From a virus (taxonomy: Duplodnaviria > Caudoviricetes), in the IMG/VR virus record IMGVR_UViG_3300028804_000003, positions 1-64,000 of that record: a stretch of 64,000 bases of DNA; one strand, 5' to 3'. Positions 54,464 through 63,841 of this stretch are shown one piece after another. Within the stretch, counting starts at the first letter, position 1, and the number at the start of each line of letters is the position of its first letter. The notes under the pieces are model-generated. The model did not search any database, had not been told where the DNA came from, and saw nothing but the letters and a program-made list of their open reading frames with translations. The position numbers were made by a program, and so were the translations under genes.

Positions 54464-54631
54464 GGTGTTTCTCCTTCTTGGGTTCAAAAGTTCATTACGG
54501 TCATGAGGCTCGATTGCTCGATTTTCATAACCCTCATTGGCTCTCCCTCAGAAGGTCCGTCCCCTTCCCGCAAGACGCGGTAAGAAACCGTTGTCAAGGA
54601 AATACAGGAATTATGGTTAATGTGTCAACCC

Positions 54632-54667
54632 CCAAAAAACTAGGGCCACGGATTTCTCCATGGCCCT
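54632..54667 (-). terminator. putative terminator between scaffold and capsid genes
   Basis: AGGGCCA...TGGCCCT hairpin followed by a T-run on the minus strand. Confidence 0.5.
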
Positions 54668-54698
54668 GTAACTTTCGCGTATCTCAGGTGCGAGATAG

Positions 54699-55529
54699 TT
54701 AGCGGCGACCGATGTTCGCCAGACCCGAACTGATCTTGTCCACCGAAGACTTCTCGACTTCGCGGCGCTGCATCTGCTGGCCGACCGGCTGCTTGCCGGT
54801 GCCCGGAGGCTTGCCGCCACCGCTCGGCGCGGCAGACTTGAAGACGATGGGATGCGAGAGCTTCAGTTCACCGATGAGGTCCTTGATGCCCATGGGCTCG
54901 CCGCGATTGTTCAGGCGCACGTTGTTGTCGCTGTCCACGACCTTCACGACATACTCGCCGTCTTCCTGCACGACCTTCACGGCCTTGCTGATGATGGGCA
55001 TCAGAAGCTCCGCGCCCTTCTCGACGGTCCCTGCTTCAGCAAGCGCGGTGGCTGCCGAGGCGTTGACCATATACTTCTCCAAGGAGCCGCGCATGGCCGT
55101 GATGTCGTTTTCCTTCTTGGCAATCTCGGCAGCAAGGCGCTTGTTGAAGTCGGCCTTGATGGCTTCCAGATTGACCTTGGCTTCCTTGCCGCCCTTGACC
55201 TGACCAAGGAGTTCATTGAACTTCTCGGAAATCACGTCCGGCAGCTTGGTGACATCATCACCCACTTCGATGCCAGCCTCAGCCAGCTTCGCGGCAATGC
55301 CTTCGATGACGACACGACGCGCTGCGTCCTTGGCGTTATCGTCCTTCTTCTGCTTGCCGAATGTGGAGAGCTTCTTGTTCGCCCCGGTGAAGGCCTCAGC
55401 CAGCGGCTTGATGTCGGCCTTGACGACATACTTGCCTGCCGCCTTGTCCTCTTCGTAGTAGCCTCGGAAGGCCTCGGGCACAATGTCGATCACGTCAACA
55501 CTGCCGTTCGCAATAAAGTCCCAGTCCAT
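54699..55529 (-). CDS. capsid scaffolding protein
   Basis: Coiled-coil, ends SSVDKISSGL; GGAG RBS; upstream of capsid gene. Confidence 0.8.
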   Translation of the reverse strand: MDWDFIANGSVDVIDIVPEAFRGYYEEDKAAGKYVVKADIKPLAEAFTGANKKLSTFGKQKKDDNAKDAARRVVIEGIAAKLAEAGIEVGDDVTKLPDVISEKFNELLGQVKGGKEAKVNLEAIKADFNKRLAAEIAKKENDITAMRGSLEKYMVNASAATALAEAGTVEKGAELLMPIISKAVKVVQEDGEYVVKVVDSDNNVRLNNRGEPMGIKDLIGELKLSHPIVFKSAAPSGGGKPPGTGKQPVGQQMQRREVEKSSVDKISSGLANIGRR

Positions 55530-55547
55530 GTCATCATCTCCGTTTTT

Positions 55548-55573
55548 ATGGTTAGCGTTAACCACGTTCTAAC
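55548..55573. promoter_or_regulatory. CtrA-like site upstream of the scaffold gene
   Basis: TTAAC-N6-CTAAC at 55558-55573 and CTAACCAT on the minus strand. Confidence 0.4.
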
Positions 55574-55599
55574 GGAGATGATGAGTTCTTGTCAAGCCC

Positions 55600-56136
55600 T
55601 TAGTCGTTTCCGTTTCCGGGAGCCAGCTTCATGCCAGCCGTGGGGTTGCCCGCTTCCTTCTCGGGCATCTTCATTTCGGTCGGGTCGATCAGCACCTCGG
55701 GCTCGGGAATATCCCACGGCCAATCGAAGTCGAAGATACCTTCACGGGTCTTCTTGGTGCGATGGAATCGCAAGCTGGCCGTGCCCTTACCTTCCTTCAG
55801 GGCCTCTTCGATTTTCTCGGCAGTCTTGGAATCCCAAGGCATCAGATAGTAGACCGGCGCACCATCCAGATTGTCGAGCAGGATGTAGATGTTCTTGCCG
55901 GTATCAGGCTTGTAGCCAAGGATGACTCCACCCTCGGGAACGTTGAAGAGCATCGCAGGCTTGGGGCTGCCGGTCGATACCGCCAAGGCGAAGTAGACCA
56001 TCGGGAATCCGATGAAGAAGGCCACCATGGCGATAGGCCTATATACCGTTTCCGTGCGGGCATGGGCGATGAGCCAAGCCATCACACCGAACATCGAGAG
56101 CAGGGTGAGCCCTGTGATTGCATGTTGCCAAGTCAT
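55600..56136 (-). CDS. two-TM membrane protein, third gene of the MotA-like module
   Basis: Two hydrophobic helices, then GSPKP...IYILL...PVYYLMPW. Confidence 0.75.
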   Translation of the reverse strand: MTWQHAITGLTLLSMFGVMAWLIAHARTETVYRPIAMVAFFIGFPMVYFALAVSTGSPKPAMLFNVPEGGVILGYKPDTGKNIYILLDNLDGAPVYYLMPWDSKTAEKIEEALKEGKGTASLRFHRTKKTREGIFDFDWPWDIPEPEVLIDPTEMKMPEKEAGNPTAGMKLAPGNGND

Positions 56137-56777
56137 CGTCCGTTTCCTCCATTGATGTAACGGTCGGGCACGGTCAGTGCCCCGTTCTTTTCGAGGTCCT
56201 TGTTGCCCACCAGCTTGCGGTAGACGTTGTTGATGCTGGCCATGTCCACAGTGCCATCTTCCTTGACGATGAAGCGGACGCCGGTCTTCTCCTGTCCGTC
56301 AGCCTTGATGACGATCTTGGTCACGACGATGTTGTTGATCGTGTCATTGCTGTAGCGGTCGCGCATAGACACTCCCATGTCAACCGTCATAGGGAACTTA
56401 GCAAATGCGCAGCGGAAGCACTGCACATTGATGATGTACTCACCGGGCACGACGCCACGGGTGAAGGCGTCCTCATAGTTGATCGGCGTGGCATCCGGCA
56501 GGACTCCGCGATCATCACGCAGAAGGTTCCAGATGATGCCAGCCTTGTTGCTATAGCCCACGGGACCGGGCTCATCGGGACCTATCATCCAAATATCCAC
56601 GTCCGTATCGCCGTTCGGCCAGACGATGTGGGCGATGATGTCCCCGGCAGCCTTGGCCTCACCCTTGCCAGAGTCGGCCTTGGGGTTGAGGTTGGCGATC
56701 ATGATGGCCACGAGGATCGCAAACATGGCCACCACGATCAGCGAGTAGGCGCGGAAGAGAAGGTAGGTGCTCTTCAC
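56133..56777 (-). CDS. single-TM protein with YfaP/DUF2135-like periplasmic domain, second gene of the module
   Basis: N-terminal TM; WPNGDTDVDIW, LLRDDRG, NYE, PGEYIINV. Confidence 0.75.
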   Translation of the reverse strand: MKSTYLLFRAYSLIVVAMFAILVAIMIANLNPKADSGKGEAKAAGDIIAHIVWPNGDTDVDIWMIGPDEPGPVGYSNKAGIIWNLLRDDRGVLPDATPINYEDAFTRGVVPGEYIINVQCFRCAFAKFPMTVDMGVSMRDRYSNDTINNIVVTKIVIKADGQEKTGVRFIVKEDGTVDMASINNVYRKLVGNKDLEKNGALTVPDRYINGGNGR

Positions 56778-57340
56778 AGGCCTTCCTCCATGATGGAGCG
56801 GGCCAGAGCCTCTTCCTCGGTAGCCGCCACGAAGTCAGCCGTGTGCTTCATGACCGAGTAGTTCACCTCTGTCCACAGGGCGCACATCGCACCGACGAGC
56901 GTAGTGCTGATTTCGACACGCAGGCCAGTGATAAGCTGTACGCCGATGGTCTTCAGACCATCCACGCTGTTGATGTTGCCGGTGTTCACGCCGGACAGGG
57001 AAATCATCAGGCCATATAGGGTGCCGATGAGTCCGAGAAACAGCATCCAGCCAGCCGCGCGTTCGATCCATTCCATCTGCTTGATGCGAAGCTCGCCCAC
57101 CCAGTCATCGAGATAGACATGATTGCCGGTGAGGTTGTTGAACGCCTTGTTCAGTTCCTTGGCCTTGAACCATGTGCCAATCCAGACCAACCCGAACAGG
57201 CTGACGGTGGCATAGTTCAGGCCGGTCGTGTCGGAATGAAACAGCTTCAGGAACCAGCCGGACTGGTAGTTGGTGACGGCCAGCCAAGCGATGGCCAGTG
57301 CATTGAGCAGCACCATCTTGTAGATCAGGATGTTCTTCAC
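56774..57340 (-). CDS. MotA/TolQ/ExbB proton-channel family membrane protein
   Basis: FLGLIGTLYG and GLRVEISTTLVG match the ExbB/TolQ TM2 and TM3 patterns. Confidence 0.75.
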   Translation of the reverse strand: MKNILIYKMVLLNALAIAWLAVTNYQSGWFLKLFHSDTTGLNYATVSLFGLVWIGTWFKAKELNKAFNNLTGNHVYLDDWVGELRIKQMEWIERAAGWMLFLGLIGTLYGLMISLSGVNTGNINSVDGLKTIGVQLITGLRVEISTTLVGAMCALWTEVNYSVMKHTADFVAATEEEALARSIMEEGL

Positions 57341-57355
57341 GTGGTTCTCCTATGG

Positions 57356-57547
57356 TTACCAGCGGGGAGGTGGCGGGGCATTGCGCGCCGCTTCCTCATA
57401 CCTTTCCTTGAAAGCAAGGTCTGTGCCAAGCTCACGTTGAAGCTGTGCCAGACTGACGTTCGCGCTCTGCGCACAAGTGATGTCAGGGAACCCCCTGCCC
57501 TTGGCGATGATGACCTGCTCTTTCCAAGCCTTGATGACGGTGACCAT
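57356..57547 (-). CDS. small HTH protein resembling a terminase small-subunit DNA-binding domain
   Basis: CAQSANVS...DLAFKERYEEA parallels the HTH of the upstream gene. Confidence 0.5.
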   Translation of the reverse strand: MVTVIKAWKEQVIIAKGRGFPDITCAQSANVSLAQLQRELGTDLAFKERYEEAARNAPPPPRW

Positions 57548-58275
57548 TATCGCTCTACCTTGATTTGTCCACTTGTTTGTACGTTAACCGGCTTAGTGTC
57601 CACTACAGTAGGCGTTATGTCAATCATATTCTCCTTCTGGCGAGCAAGTGTATCCGACGCGCGCTTCTCCCAAGCACTGACATCTCGGGCGCGCGGCGGC
57701 AGCATGGCCACGCCGTGCGTGATGTTGCCGCTGATCTTGACCTCGGTCTGCTCGCCGTACTTCTCACGCATGTTGGCCTTGTACCAGAACTGAGTGAGCC
57801 CTGAGTCATAGACGCGCTTGTAGCCGAACACCGCGCCCTGATAGGTCATGGGCTCAAGGGTGCCGTCGAGGACACGATGACGAATCTTTTCTTCAGCTTC
57901 AAACATGAAGAAGATGTCGAGAGCCATCTGCCAGTTGCGCTCAAAGTCAGGGAACTTATCCTTGGCCATATAGAGCGCGCGCATACCGAGACCGCAATTG
58001 ATCTGTGCTTTCTTCACACTGCCGGTCTTTGACAGAACGGCCAAGAACTTGCGATGGCTTTCTTCCATGCGCAAATCCACCTGATTGATCGGGCGGTTCT
58101 TCTCAGGATAAACGACAACCCACTCATCCTTAGCGGAAGCCATCTGTGCTTCCTCATCCGGCTTAAACCTCGGCGTGAGGCGAGCAGGAGTCTTCGGAGC
58201 CGTTACGGGCTCTTCGACTTCCTCAATCTCCCACGGATCGAGTTCAACTGGTTCCGGCTTCTGCTTTCTTGCCAT
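57547..58275 (-). CDS. terminase small subunit-like protein
   Basis: FLAVLSKTGSVKKA...FPDFERNWQMA, YDSGL, NMREKYG. Confidence 0.7.
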   Translation of the reverse strand: MARKQKPEPVELDPWEIEEVEEPVTAPKTPARLTPRFKPDEEAQMASAKDEWVVVYPEKNRPINQVDLRMEESHRKFLAVLSKTGSVKKAQINCGLGMRALYMAKDKFPDFERNWQMALDIFFMFEAEEKIRHRVLDGTLEPMTYQGAVFGYKRVYDSGLTQFWYKANMREKYGEQTEVKISGNITHGVAMLPPRARDVSAWEKRASDTLARQKENMIDITPTVVDTKPVNVQTSGQIKVER

Positions 58276-59779
58276 TCGTCTTCGCCTTCTTCGCGGGCTT
58301 TGCGCCCTTCTTTGCTGAGTTGTCCACGTTTGCGCCAGCGCTACCATCCACATTCATCCCCGTTGCAAACGGAGACTCGATGGTCGGTTCTTTCTCAAGC
58401 TCACTGACGTTCTCTTCGTTGTCGAAGTCGTCAGCCAGAGCACCACGGCGCTTCATCTCATCGGTGAAGTGCTTGCGCGAGAGGTCGCGGTTGCGGCGGG
58501 CTTCAGCCAGAACGCGCATGTCGGCATCCTTGACTTCTTCCGGCCCGAAGTCAGTGGTGATGAGCACCTTGCCTTCGAACTTCTTGCCAAGCCAATCTGC
58601 CGTGATCTTCAGCGCGGTCTCGACACAGTCGATGAAGCGGATGGTCATATCCTGAAGCGGCGAAGTTGCTTCAGCGGAGTCGAGTGCGCGCGCCGTGGCA
58701 GTGGTGCCGCCCGGACGCTTGCGCAAGAACTCCGCACCATATGCGGCCATGTCCTGTTCGAGCTTGTCGAGGTCCTTGGCACCCTCTTGGATAGCCTTGC
58801 CCTCGTGCTCGACGTAGTAGAACTTTCCGTTCTCGGCGCGAGTGGCGAGAAGCTGACGCGGACCAATAACCATCACATCGTTGTTGGGCGTGTCGTGCGC
58901 GCCGCTGACGGCGAGCATCGGAAAGCGCGCGACTGTGAGGATGTTCCTTTGATCGGACATCGACTGCCAGTGCGCAATGTTCAAATAGGCGAGGTCTTCC
59001 AGCGGCGGCTTGCCGGTCATCGGACCATCCTGATTGGCATAGAAGGTCACCCACGGGATGTAGTCCAAGCCGGTTTCACCCTGAGAGATGGTCACCCAAA
59101 TTGACTTCTTCGTCTTGGGGTCCTGCCTTTCCTCCATGAGCCACCACCAACCGGGTTCAAGCACACGGATGCGATTGACGATACGCTCGGTGTATCCATC
59201 CATCTCGACTTCGGTTTCCCAAATGCGGATGTGGACCGGCTGAACCTCACCAGCGATCTTGGCGAACGACATGAACAACACGTTCTCGGGAGCGATGAGG
59301 GTCCAGTAGGGACGATTCTTTTCGGCCAAATCATCGGCCAATGTGCGGGGCACCGAATAGTCGATGACCGGCATATCAATCAGGATGTGAGCGAAGCTCT
59401 TGGCGATACCTTCACGGAACCACTGACGGCAAAAGATGCCGATGCTGTTGGACTGAAGGTCCACGTCATCAAGGAAGTTATCACCCTCAAGCTCGGGCAG
59501 AACGTCTTCAACCTTGACCGGGTCCGAGAACGGCTTACCGACCAAGGACTCCAAGGTCAGTTCCGTCATGTTCAGAAGGGTCGTGGTATTCAGGCGGTCG
59601 CGGTAGTTCTCATCTGACTCGTGGGGATGCTGAGGCAAGTAGGTTTTGCCTGCCGCGCGCATGGCCGAGGTCCCGCCGAGAAGGGTGTTAATCATCCTCC
59701 ACTTCGGGTACATGTAGTCATAGGCCGCACTCGTGGTGCTCGGACTCTTCCTCTTCTCATCAATGCTGGCCACGCTCAT
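58244..59779 (-). CDS. portal protein (DUF4055-like)
   Basis: AAGKTYLP..PHES..Y.DRL, PPLEDLAYLNIAHWQ. Confidence 0.88.
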   Translation of the reverse strand: MSVASIDEKRKSPSTTSAAYDYMYPKWRMINTLLGGTSAMRAAGKTYLPQHPHESDENYRDRLNTTTLLNMTELTLESLVGKPFSDPVKVEDVLPELEGDNFLDDVDLQSNSIGIFCRQWFREGIAKSFAHILIDMPVIDYSVPRTLADDLAEKNRPYWTLIAPENVLFMSFAKIAGEVQPVHIRIWETEVEMDGYTERIVNRIRVLEPGWWWLMEERQDPKTKKSIWVTISQGETGLDYIPWVTFYANQDGPMTGKPPLEDLAYLNIAHWQSMSDQRNILTVARFPMLAVSGAHDTPNNDVMVIGPRQLLATRAENGKFYYVEHEGKAIQEGAKDLDKLEQDMAAYGAEFLRKRPGGTTATARALDSAEATSPLQDMTIRFIDCVETALKITADWLGKKFEGKVLITTDFGPEEVKDADMRVLAEARRNRDLSRKHFTDEMKRRGALADDFDNEENVSELEKEPTIESPFATGMNVDGSAGANVDNSAKKGAKPAKKAKTNGKKAEAGTS

Positions 59780-59833
59780 CTCCTTCGGTCATAATCCGCC
59801 TGTTTACCACTCCGTCCGTCCGGCTTCAAGCCC

Positions 59834-60430
59834 TCAGAAAGATTTGCGCCTTGGTCGTGTTTCTTTCACTCCGGGCGGTCGTCCGATACCATTCTTGACC
59901 TTCTTCTCAATCTCTGAACATATCCACCCCGGAAAGTTGGAAGACCCAAACCTTTGACGAGAACAAGACCTAGACTGACCATGTGCTTCACCTGCCGCCT
60001 TCACAGAAGGATACGCCACGCCGTCCACGAAAACCTCTTTCCTGTTCTGGCCGAGCTTCGCCCTCCACTCAGGGCTCATCTTCCTACCCTTCAGTGCGGC
60101 GCTGATTTTCTTTGCCGAGGATGCCGCCACGAGTGTCCCACCCGGAGAGGTGTTTCTACCCCTTGGCGCGAGCGTCCCGTATGCCTTGATGAACTCGGTC
60201 TCCAAAACTCTGAGGGTGTGAGGGTCCTTGCACGAGACAAGCATCTTGAATTTCGCAGCATCACCATGTACCCGCAAACCCTCGGCAACCAAAGTGTCCT
60301 TACCCCAACGAGCGTGTCCATAATGGTCACGACGCCTTTTGTTCAAAGGCTTCTGCGTCAGACCCACATAGTTCAGTCCGTCAGGAAACTCGATTAGATA
60401 CACACCAGACATTTCAAATAGGTTTATCAT
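59834..60430 (-). CDS. GIY-YIG homing endonuclease with NUMOD-type DNA-binding repeats
   Basis: SGVYLI...YVGLT; KKISAALKGRKMS.EWRAKL; VFVDGVAYPSVKAA. Confidence 0.85.
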   Translation of the reverse strand: MINLFEMSGVYLIEFPDGLNYVGLTQKPLNKRRRDHYGHARWGKDTLVAEGLRVHGDAAKFKMLVSCKDPHTLRVLETEFIKAYGTLAPRGRNTSPGGTLVAASSAKKISAALKGRKMSPEWRAKLGQNRKEVFVDGVAYPSVKAAGEAHGQSRSCSRQRFGSSNFPGWICSEIEKKVKNGIGRPPGVKETRPRRKSF

Positions 60431-60431
60431 C

Positions 60432-61994
60432 CTAAAAAGTCCTGCGCCACATTCCGGGGATCACCCAGTTCAGGCGGTATCGCGTCATATCTCCCAAGTG
60501 GTCCTCGTACTTCTCGGGCACGTCATCGGGATCGGCCTTGTCGCGCGGCATGGTAGGCACATAGGTGAGCCACCACTTGCATCGCTCGCAGACGAACAGT
60601 CCCGGCTTCTCACGTGTGCCGTCACGACCCGGCTTGGCCTGAGTGAGGCGCGAGCGGATCATCTGCCATCCGCGCTTGCGCGAGCCCGGAGTCTTGTCGG
60701 CGCGTTCCCAGTATACGCCCTTGTCCATCATGTCATCTATCGGCGCGCGCCCGGTGCCGCGAGAATCCTTGGACCAAATTTCCGTGTCAGCCGGACCCGG
60801 CAACACTCGACCTCGTAGCCCCATGTCTTCTTCGCGGTCGAGGATACCCTGTGCGATGTTGCCCGCTTCCATGCGGACGCCGGTCTGCTCTTCGCCGGTC
60901 GTGCCGTACCACTCGTTGAACAGGATCAGATCGCCGCGAATGCGACCGTACTCTTCACCCTTCCACTTGATGGGCTCGCCGGAAGACTCCAGCCACCAAC
61001 CGACAGCGAAAGGATGCGACTGGCCGTGGTCGTAGGCGCGGGTGATGCGCCACGACCTCGGAATGAGCTTGGCCGGGAAGTCCGGTAGCACGTGGTACTT
61101 CGCATCCCACAGGTCATCGACCATGCCGCCCGCGTTCACATCCCATGAGCCTTCGATCCACGCGGCAGCCTGTGCCGGATTGGTCGCGGCCTGCATGATC
61201 TGCTGAGGATAGTTCGGCGCGGTGTGCAGGAGCAGGAAGTTCTCGGACAAGTGACCACGGATGGCCACGCGCTGCACCTCACCCGGATTGTGGATGATCT
61301 TCGAACGGAAGTGCGGCAGCTTGAAGCGCTTCTTCACCCAAGAGTGGCCCACACCATACGGGTTCGTGGTTGCGCGAATGCGGCAGGGCACACCCGGCGC
61401 GGTCGGGCGACAGCACGAGAACATCAGCTTGTAGGCCTTATCATTGTCCCACTGTGTAAGCTCTTCGAATGCGATCCATGGGTACTCATGCCCGTGGTAT
61501 CCTTCGTAGTCGTTCTCATCGAGCATGTGACGGAGCAATAGCTGCTCGCCGTCCGGCCACACGCAGGCATAGTCGGCCTTGGACTTCTTGAACATGAAGC
61601 CGGGGAACACCTTGGGATAGACCTCTTCCACCTTGCGCACCACGTCATCGAGGTCGCCGTAGGTTCGACGGAACAGGATGCCACGCCAAGCCTTGCCGTA
61701 GCCTTTGCCGACATCCGCCGCGAAGTCCATGAGCAGGGTCATGGTTTTGCCGGGGCCGCGCGTCCCTTCGTATAGGGTCTCGAAGGCAGGGGATTCCAAG
61801 AAGTCGTACTGCGAGCCGGGAAGCGGCATCCATGCAGGAGTCGCAATAACATCCCCGTTGGCATTCACATGGCACGGCTTCCAGATGCCGAGGCCATCGG
61901 GTGTGGACATGAGTCTCCAAACGGCTCTGGTGCCGTCTTCAACTTGCCACACTTCCTTTTCGTCTAGCACAACGGGGATGAATTCTTGCGTCAT
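60432..61994 (-). CDS. terminase large subunit
   Basis: Walker A GTRGPGKT, Walker B AFEE, RATTNPYG, nuclease AYDHG. Confidence 0.93.
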   Translation of the reverse strand: MTQEFIPVVLDEKEVWQVEDGTRAVWRLMSTPDGLGIWKPCHVNANGDVIATPAWMPLPGSQYDFLESPAFETLYEGTRGPGKTMTLLMDFAADVGKGYGKAWRGILFRRTYGDLDDVVRKVEEVYPKVFPGFMFKKSKADYACVWPDGEQLLLRHMLDENDYEGYHGHEYPWIAFEELTQWDNDKAYKLMFSCCRPTAPGVPCRIRATTNPYGVGHSWVKKRFKLPHFRSKIIHNPGEVQRVAIRGHLSENFLLLHTAPNYPQQIMQAATNPAQAAAWIEGSWDVNAGGMVDDLWDAKYHVLPDFPAKLIPRSWRITRAYDHGQSHPFAVGWWLESSGEPIKWKGEEYGRIRGDLILFNEWYGTTGEEQTGVRMEAGNIAQGILDREEDMGLRGRVLPGPADTEIWSKDSRGTGRAPIDDMMDKGVYWERADKTPGSRKRGWQMIRSRLTQAKPGRDGTREKPGLFVCERCKWWLTYVPTMPRDKADPDDVPEKYEDHLGDMTRYRLNWVIPGMWRRTF

Positions 61995-62170
61995 CGTTAT
62001 AACTCCTTCTTATCACAGGAGTATCGGTCATGACGTACCGTGTTGTCAACCCTGACTTCTCCGGGAGAGAAAAAAGTCGGGGCGATTATTGGCTCACCCT
62101 CAAATCAACCCCGAAGGAGTTGGACGATGACAACGTCCGAAATCTACCACATGTTTCGGACATGTCAACC

Positions 62171-62533
62171 CTAAATATCGAAAGGGTTATCGTCTTCAGC
62201 TTTGAAGGTCCCGATGTCCTTCAGATACCAATAGAGGCTCTTCACTCGATCCAGTTCAGGGTGATCGTGTATCCACTGGCCGGTCGATGGATTGAAGGAT
62301 TCCATGAAGAAGAAGTCCAGATCGGGCGCACCCGTGTCTATGGATGTGTCCACCATGAGGCTCATTGCGTCGAAGTCGGCGTCACTCAGGATCGAGTCGT
62401 TCTCGAACTCATAGGCATACGCGGCCAGCGCCAAGCGGATGCGAAGCTGGCGCTGGAAACATGCCTCGGGCGTGTAGACATCATTTCGTATCGGGCGGCT
62501 TACCCGCGTAGTTTTCGTTTTGCCACTCATCAT
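62171..62533 (-). CDS. stand-alone NAD-dependent DNA ligase domain Ia-like protein
   Basis: LRIRLALAAYAYEFENDSILSDADFDAM matches the LigA Ia pattern Y.Y....I.DA.YD. Confidence 0.65.
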   Translation of the reverse strand: MMSGKTKTTRVSRPIRNDVYTPEACFQRQLRIRLALAAYAYEFENDSILSDADFDAMSLMVDTSIDTGAPDLDFFFMESFNPSTGQWIHDHPELDRVKSLYWYLKDIGTFKAEDDNPFDI

Positions 62534-62831
62534 CGCTCCTGTAATTCATGTGCCACAGCACCTTGGCAAGGTACTTGGCCGCATATCCCACGACCGATTC
62601 CGGCAGGCCGGGGACTGCAAGGTGCAGGCTCTCATGCACGATCAATTCCAGACGGCGCATACCCTTGGATCGAACATCAATCTCGATGAAGGGGTGCTTG
62701 ACCGGCGTCACTTCCGCGAAGTGTGGATGACTGGCGAGCCCATGCGCGCGGCGTCTCCACAGCTTGTATATGAAGATGTGCGGCAGCTTACGCAGGTCAA
62801 TCCCACCCGGCTCTTTCCTTGCTCTTGGCAC
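62481..62831 (-). CDS. small HExxH metallopeptidase-like protein
   Basis: LIVHESLH...E; GGAGG RBS before GTG. Confidence 0.6.
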   Translation of the reverse strand: MPRARKEPGGIDLRKLPHIFIYKLWRRRAHGLASHPHFAEVTPVKHPFIEIDVRSKGMRRLELIVHESLHLAVPGLPESVVGYAAKYLAKVLWHMNYRSDDEWQNENYAGKPPDTK

Positions 62832-62990
62832 GACGCTCGACCCTCCTTGGCTTCTCTTTCGGGAAGACTGGTTTGTCAGGCTTGGCATTACGCCGATGCT
62901 TTTTCGCGGGCGGGGTCCACATGTTCGGGGACTTGTTTTTGCGGGGCATCGGCACCTCCAAGCACTTGATGCCTGAAGGCTACCCGATGT

Positions 62991-63329
62991 CTAGCTGTTG
63001 CGCAAGTCGTGATAGTTTGCGTAGTCTTCTGCCATCATTCGGACACAGTCGAGCGGCGTCCAGTCCTTGTCTGCCGGAATCCAGAAATTCAGGACATCCT
63101 CGGACCACTCGCCCTTGACCTTGTGCCTGAAGCCAACAATCCACTTGTAGGTGTGGGTCTTCACAGTCACGGTGGAGATGTCAGTCGGGCGATCCATGAT
63201 GTCGAAGGGCTCACGCTCGACGCAGCGGTAGTGAGGGGCCTCGTGCGTCACCCACGAGCCCGCCAGAGGCCCACCGATGCAGAGGCCTCTCCACTTAGGC
63301 TTGGGCTGCCAATCCTCGTCAGCGGTCAT
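62991..63329 (-). CDS. hypothetical protein
   Basis: CIGGPLAG motif common in small phage proteins. Confidence 0.65.
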   Translation of the reverse strand: MTADEDWQPKPKWRGLCIGGPLAGSWVTHEAPHYRCVEREPFDIMDRPTDISTVTVKTHTYKWIVGFRHKVKGEWSEDVLNFWIPADKDWTPLDCVRMMAEDYANYHDLRNS

Positions 63330-63816
63330 CTGCGCTGCCGCCCTTCATGCCGCGCTTCTGACGGCGCTTCTCGATCTTGATCTTCTTGATGTCGGCCAGA
63401 GCCTCGGCATCCGTCTTCTGGACCGGCGCTGCGTATTCCGGCATGTCGCCCTTGGCCGCAAGCTCGGCATCCGTGCGGACGTGCTCGATGGCCTTGTTCG
63501 GATCAGCCGTCTTCCAGTCCGGCCAGTCGCGGCCAGCGTTCTTGGCCTGCTTCTTGAGCAGCATGGGTAGGACCATGGTCAGCTTGCCGCCTGCACGAAG
63601 GAACCCGTCGATGCTGAGGATGACGGCGTCGATCCATTCCTCAAGGTCGTAGGGATCGTCCGTGATTTCCTTGACCTCCTTCTTCAGGTGGTCGAGGGGA
63701 CCGAGCGGGCCGCGACCGTCTGCCGGTGTGCCAAACGTGGCATGGCCCCATTCGAGATGACGACGCAGATAGTCTTCGAACGAGTCTGTCTTCGTGTGAT
63801 TGAACTCATACGGCAT
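63319..63816 (-). CDS. DUF550 dATP/dGTP pyrophosphohydrolase (MazG-like)
   Basis: W..ATFG...GPLGPLDHLKKE..E...DLEEW.D, KQAKN..RDWPDW...DPNKAIEHVR. Confidence 0.88.
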   Translation of the reverse strand: MPYEFNHTKTDSFEDYLRRHLEWGHATFGTPADGRGPLGPLDHLKKEVKEITDDPYDLEEWIDAVILSIDGFLRAGGKLTMVLPMLLKKQAKNAGRDWPDWKTADPNKAIEHVRTDAELAAKGDMPEYAAPVQKTDAEALADIKKIKIEKRRQKRGMKGGSADDR

Positions 63817-63841
63817 GAGCTATCCTTTCAAGTTGATGATA

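Noticed and set aside
55600-57340. Calling the MotA-like module a Zorya defence system
   Set aside because: No long ZorA tail, no OmpA-like peptidoglycan-binding ZorB domain, and no ZorC/D/E genes
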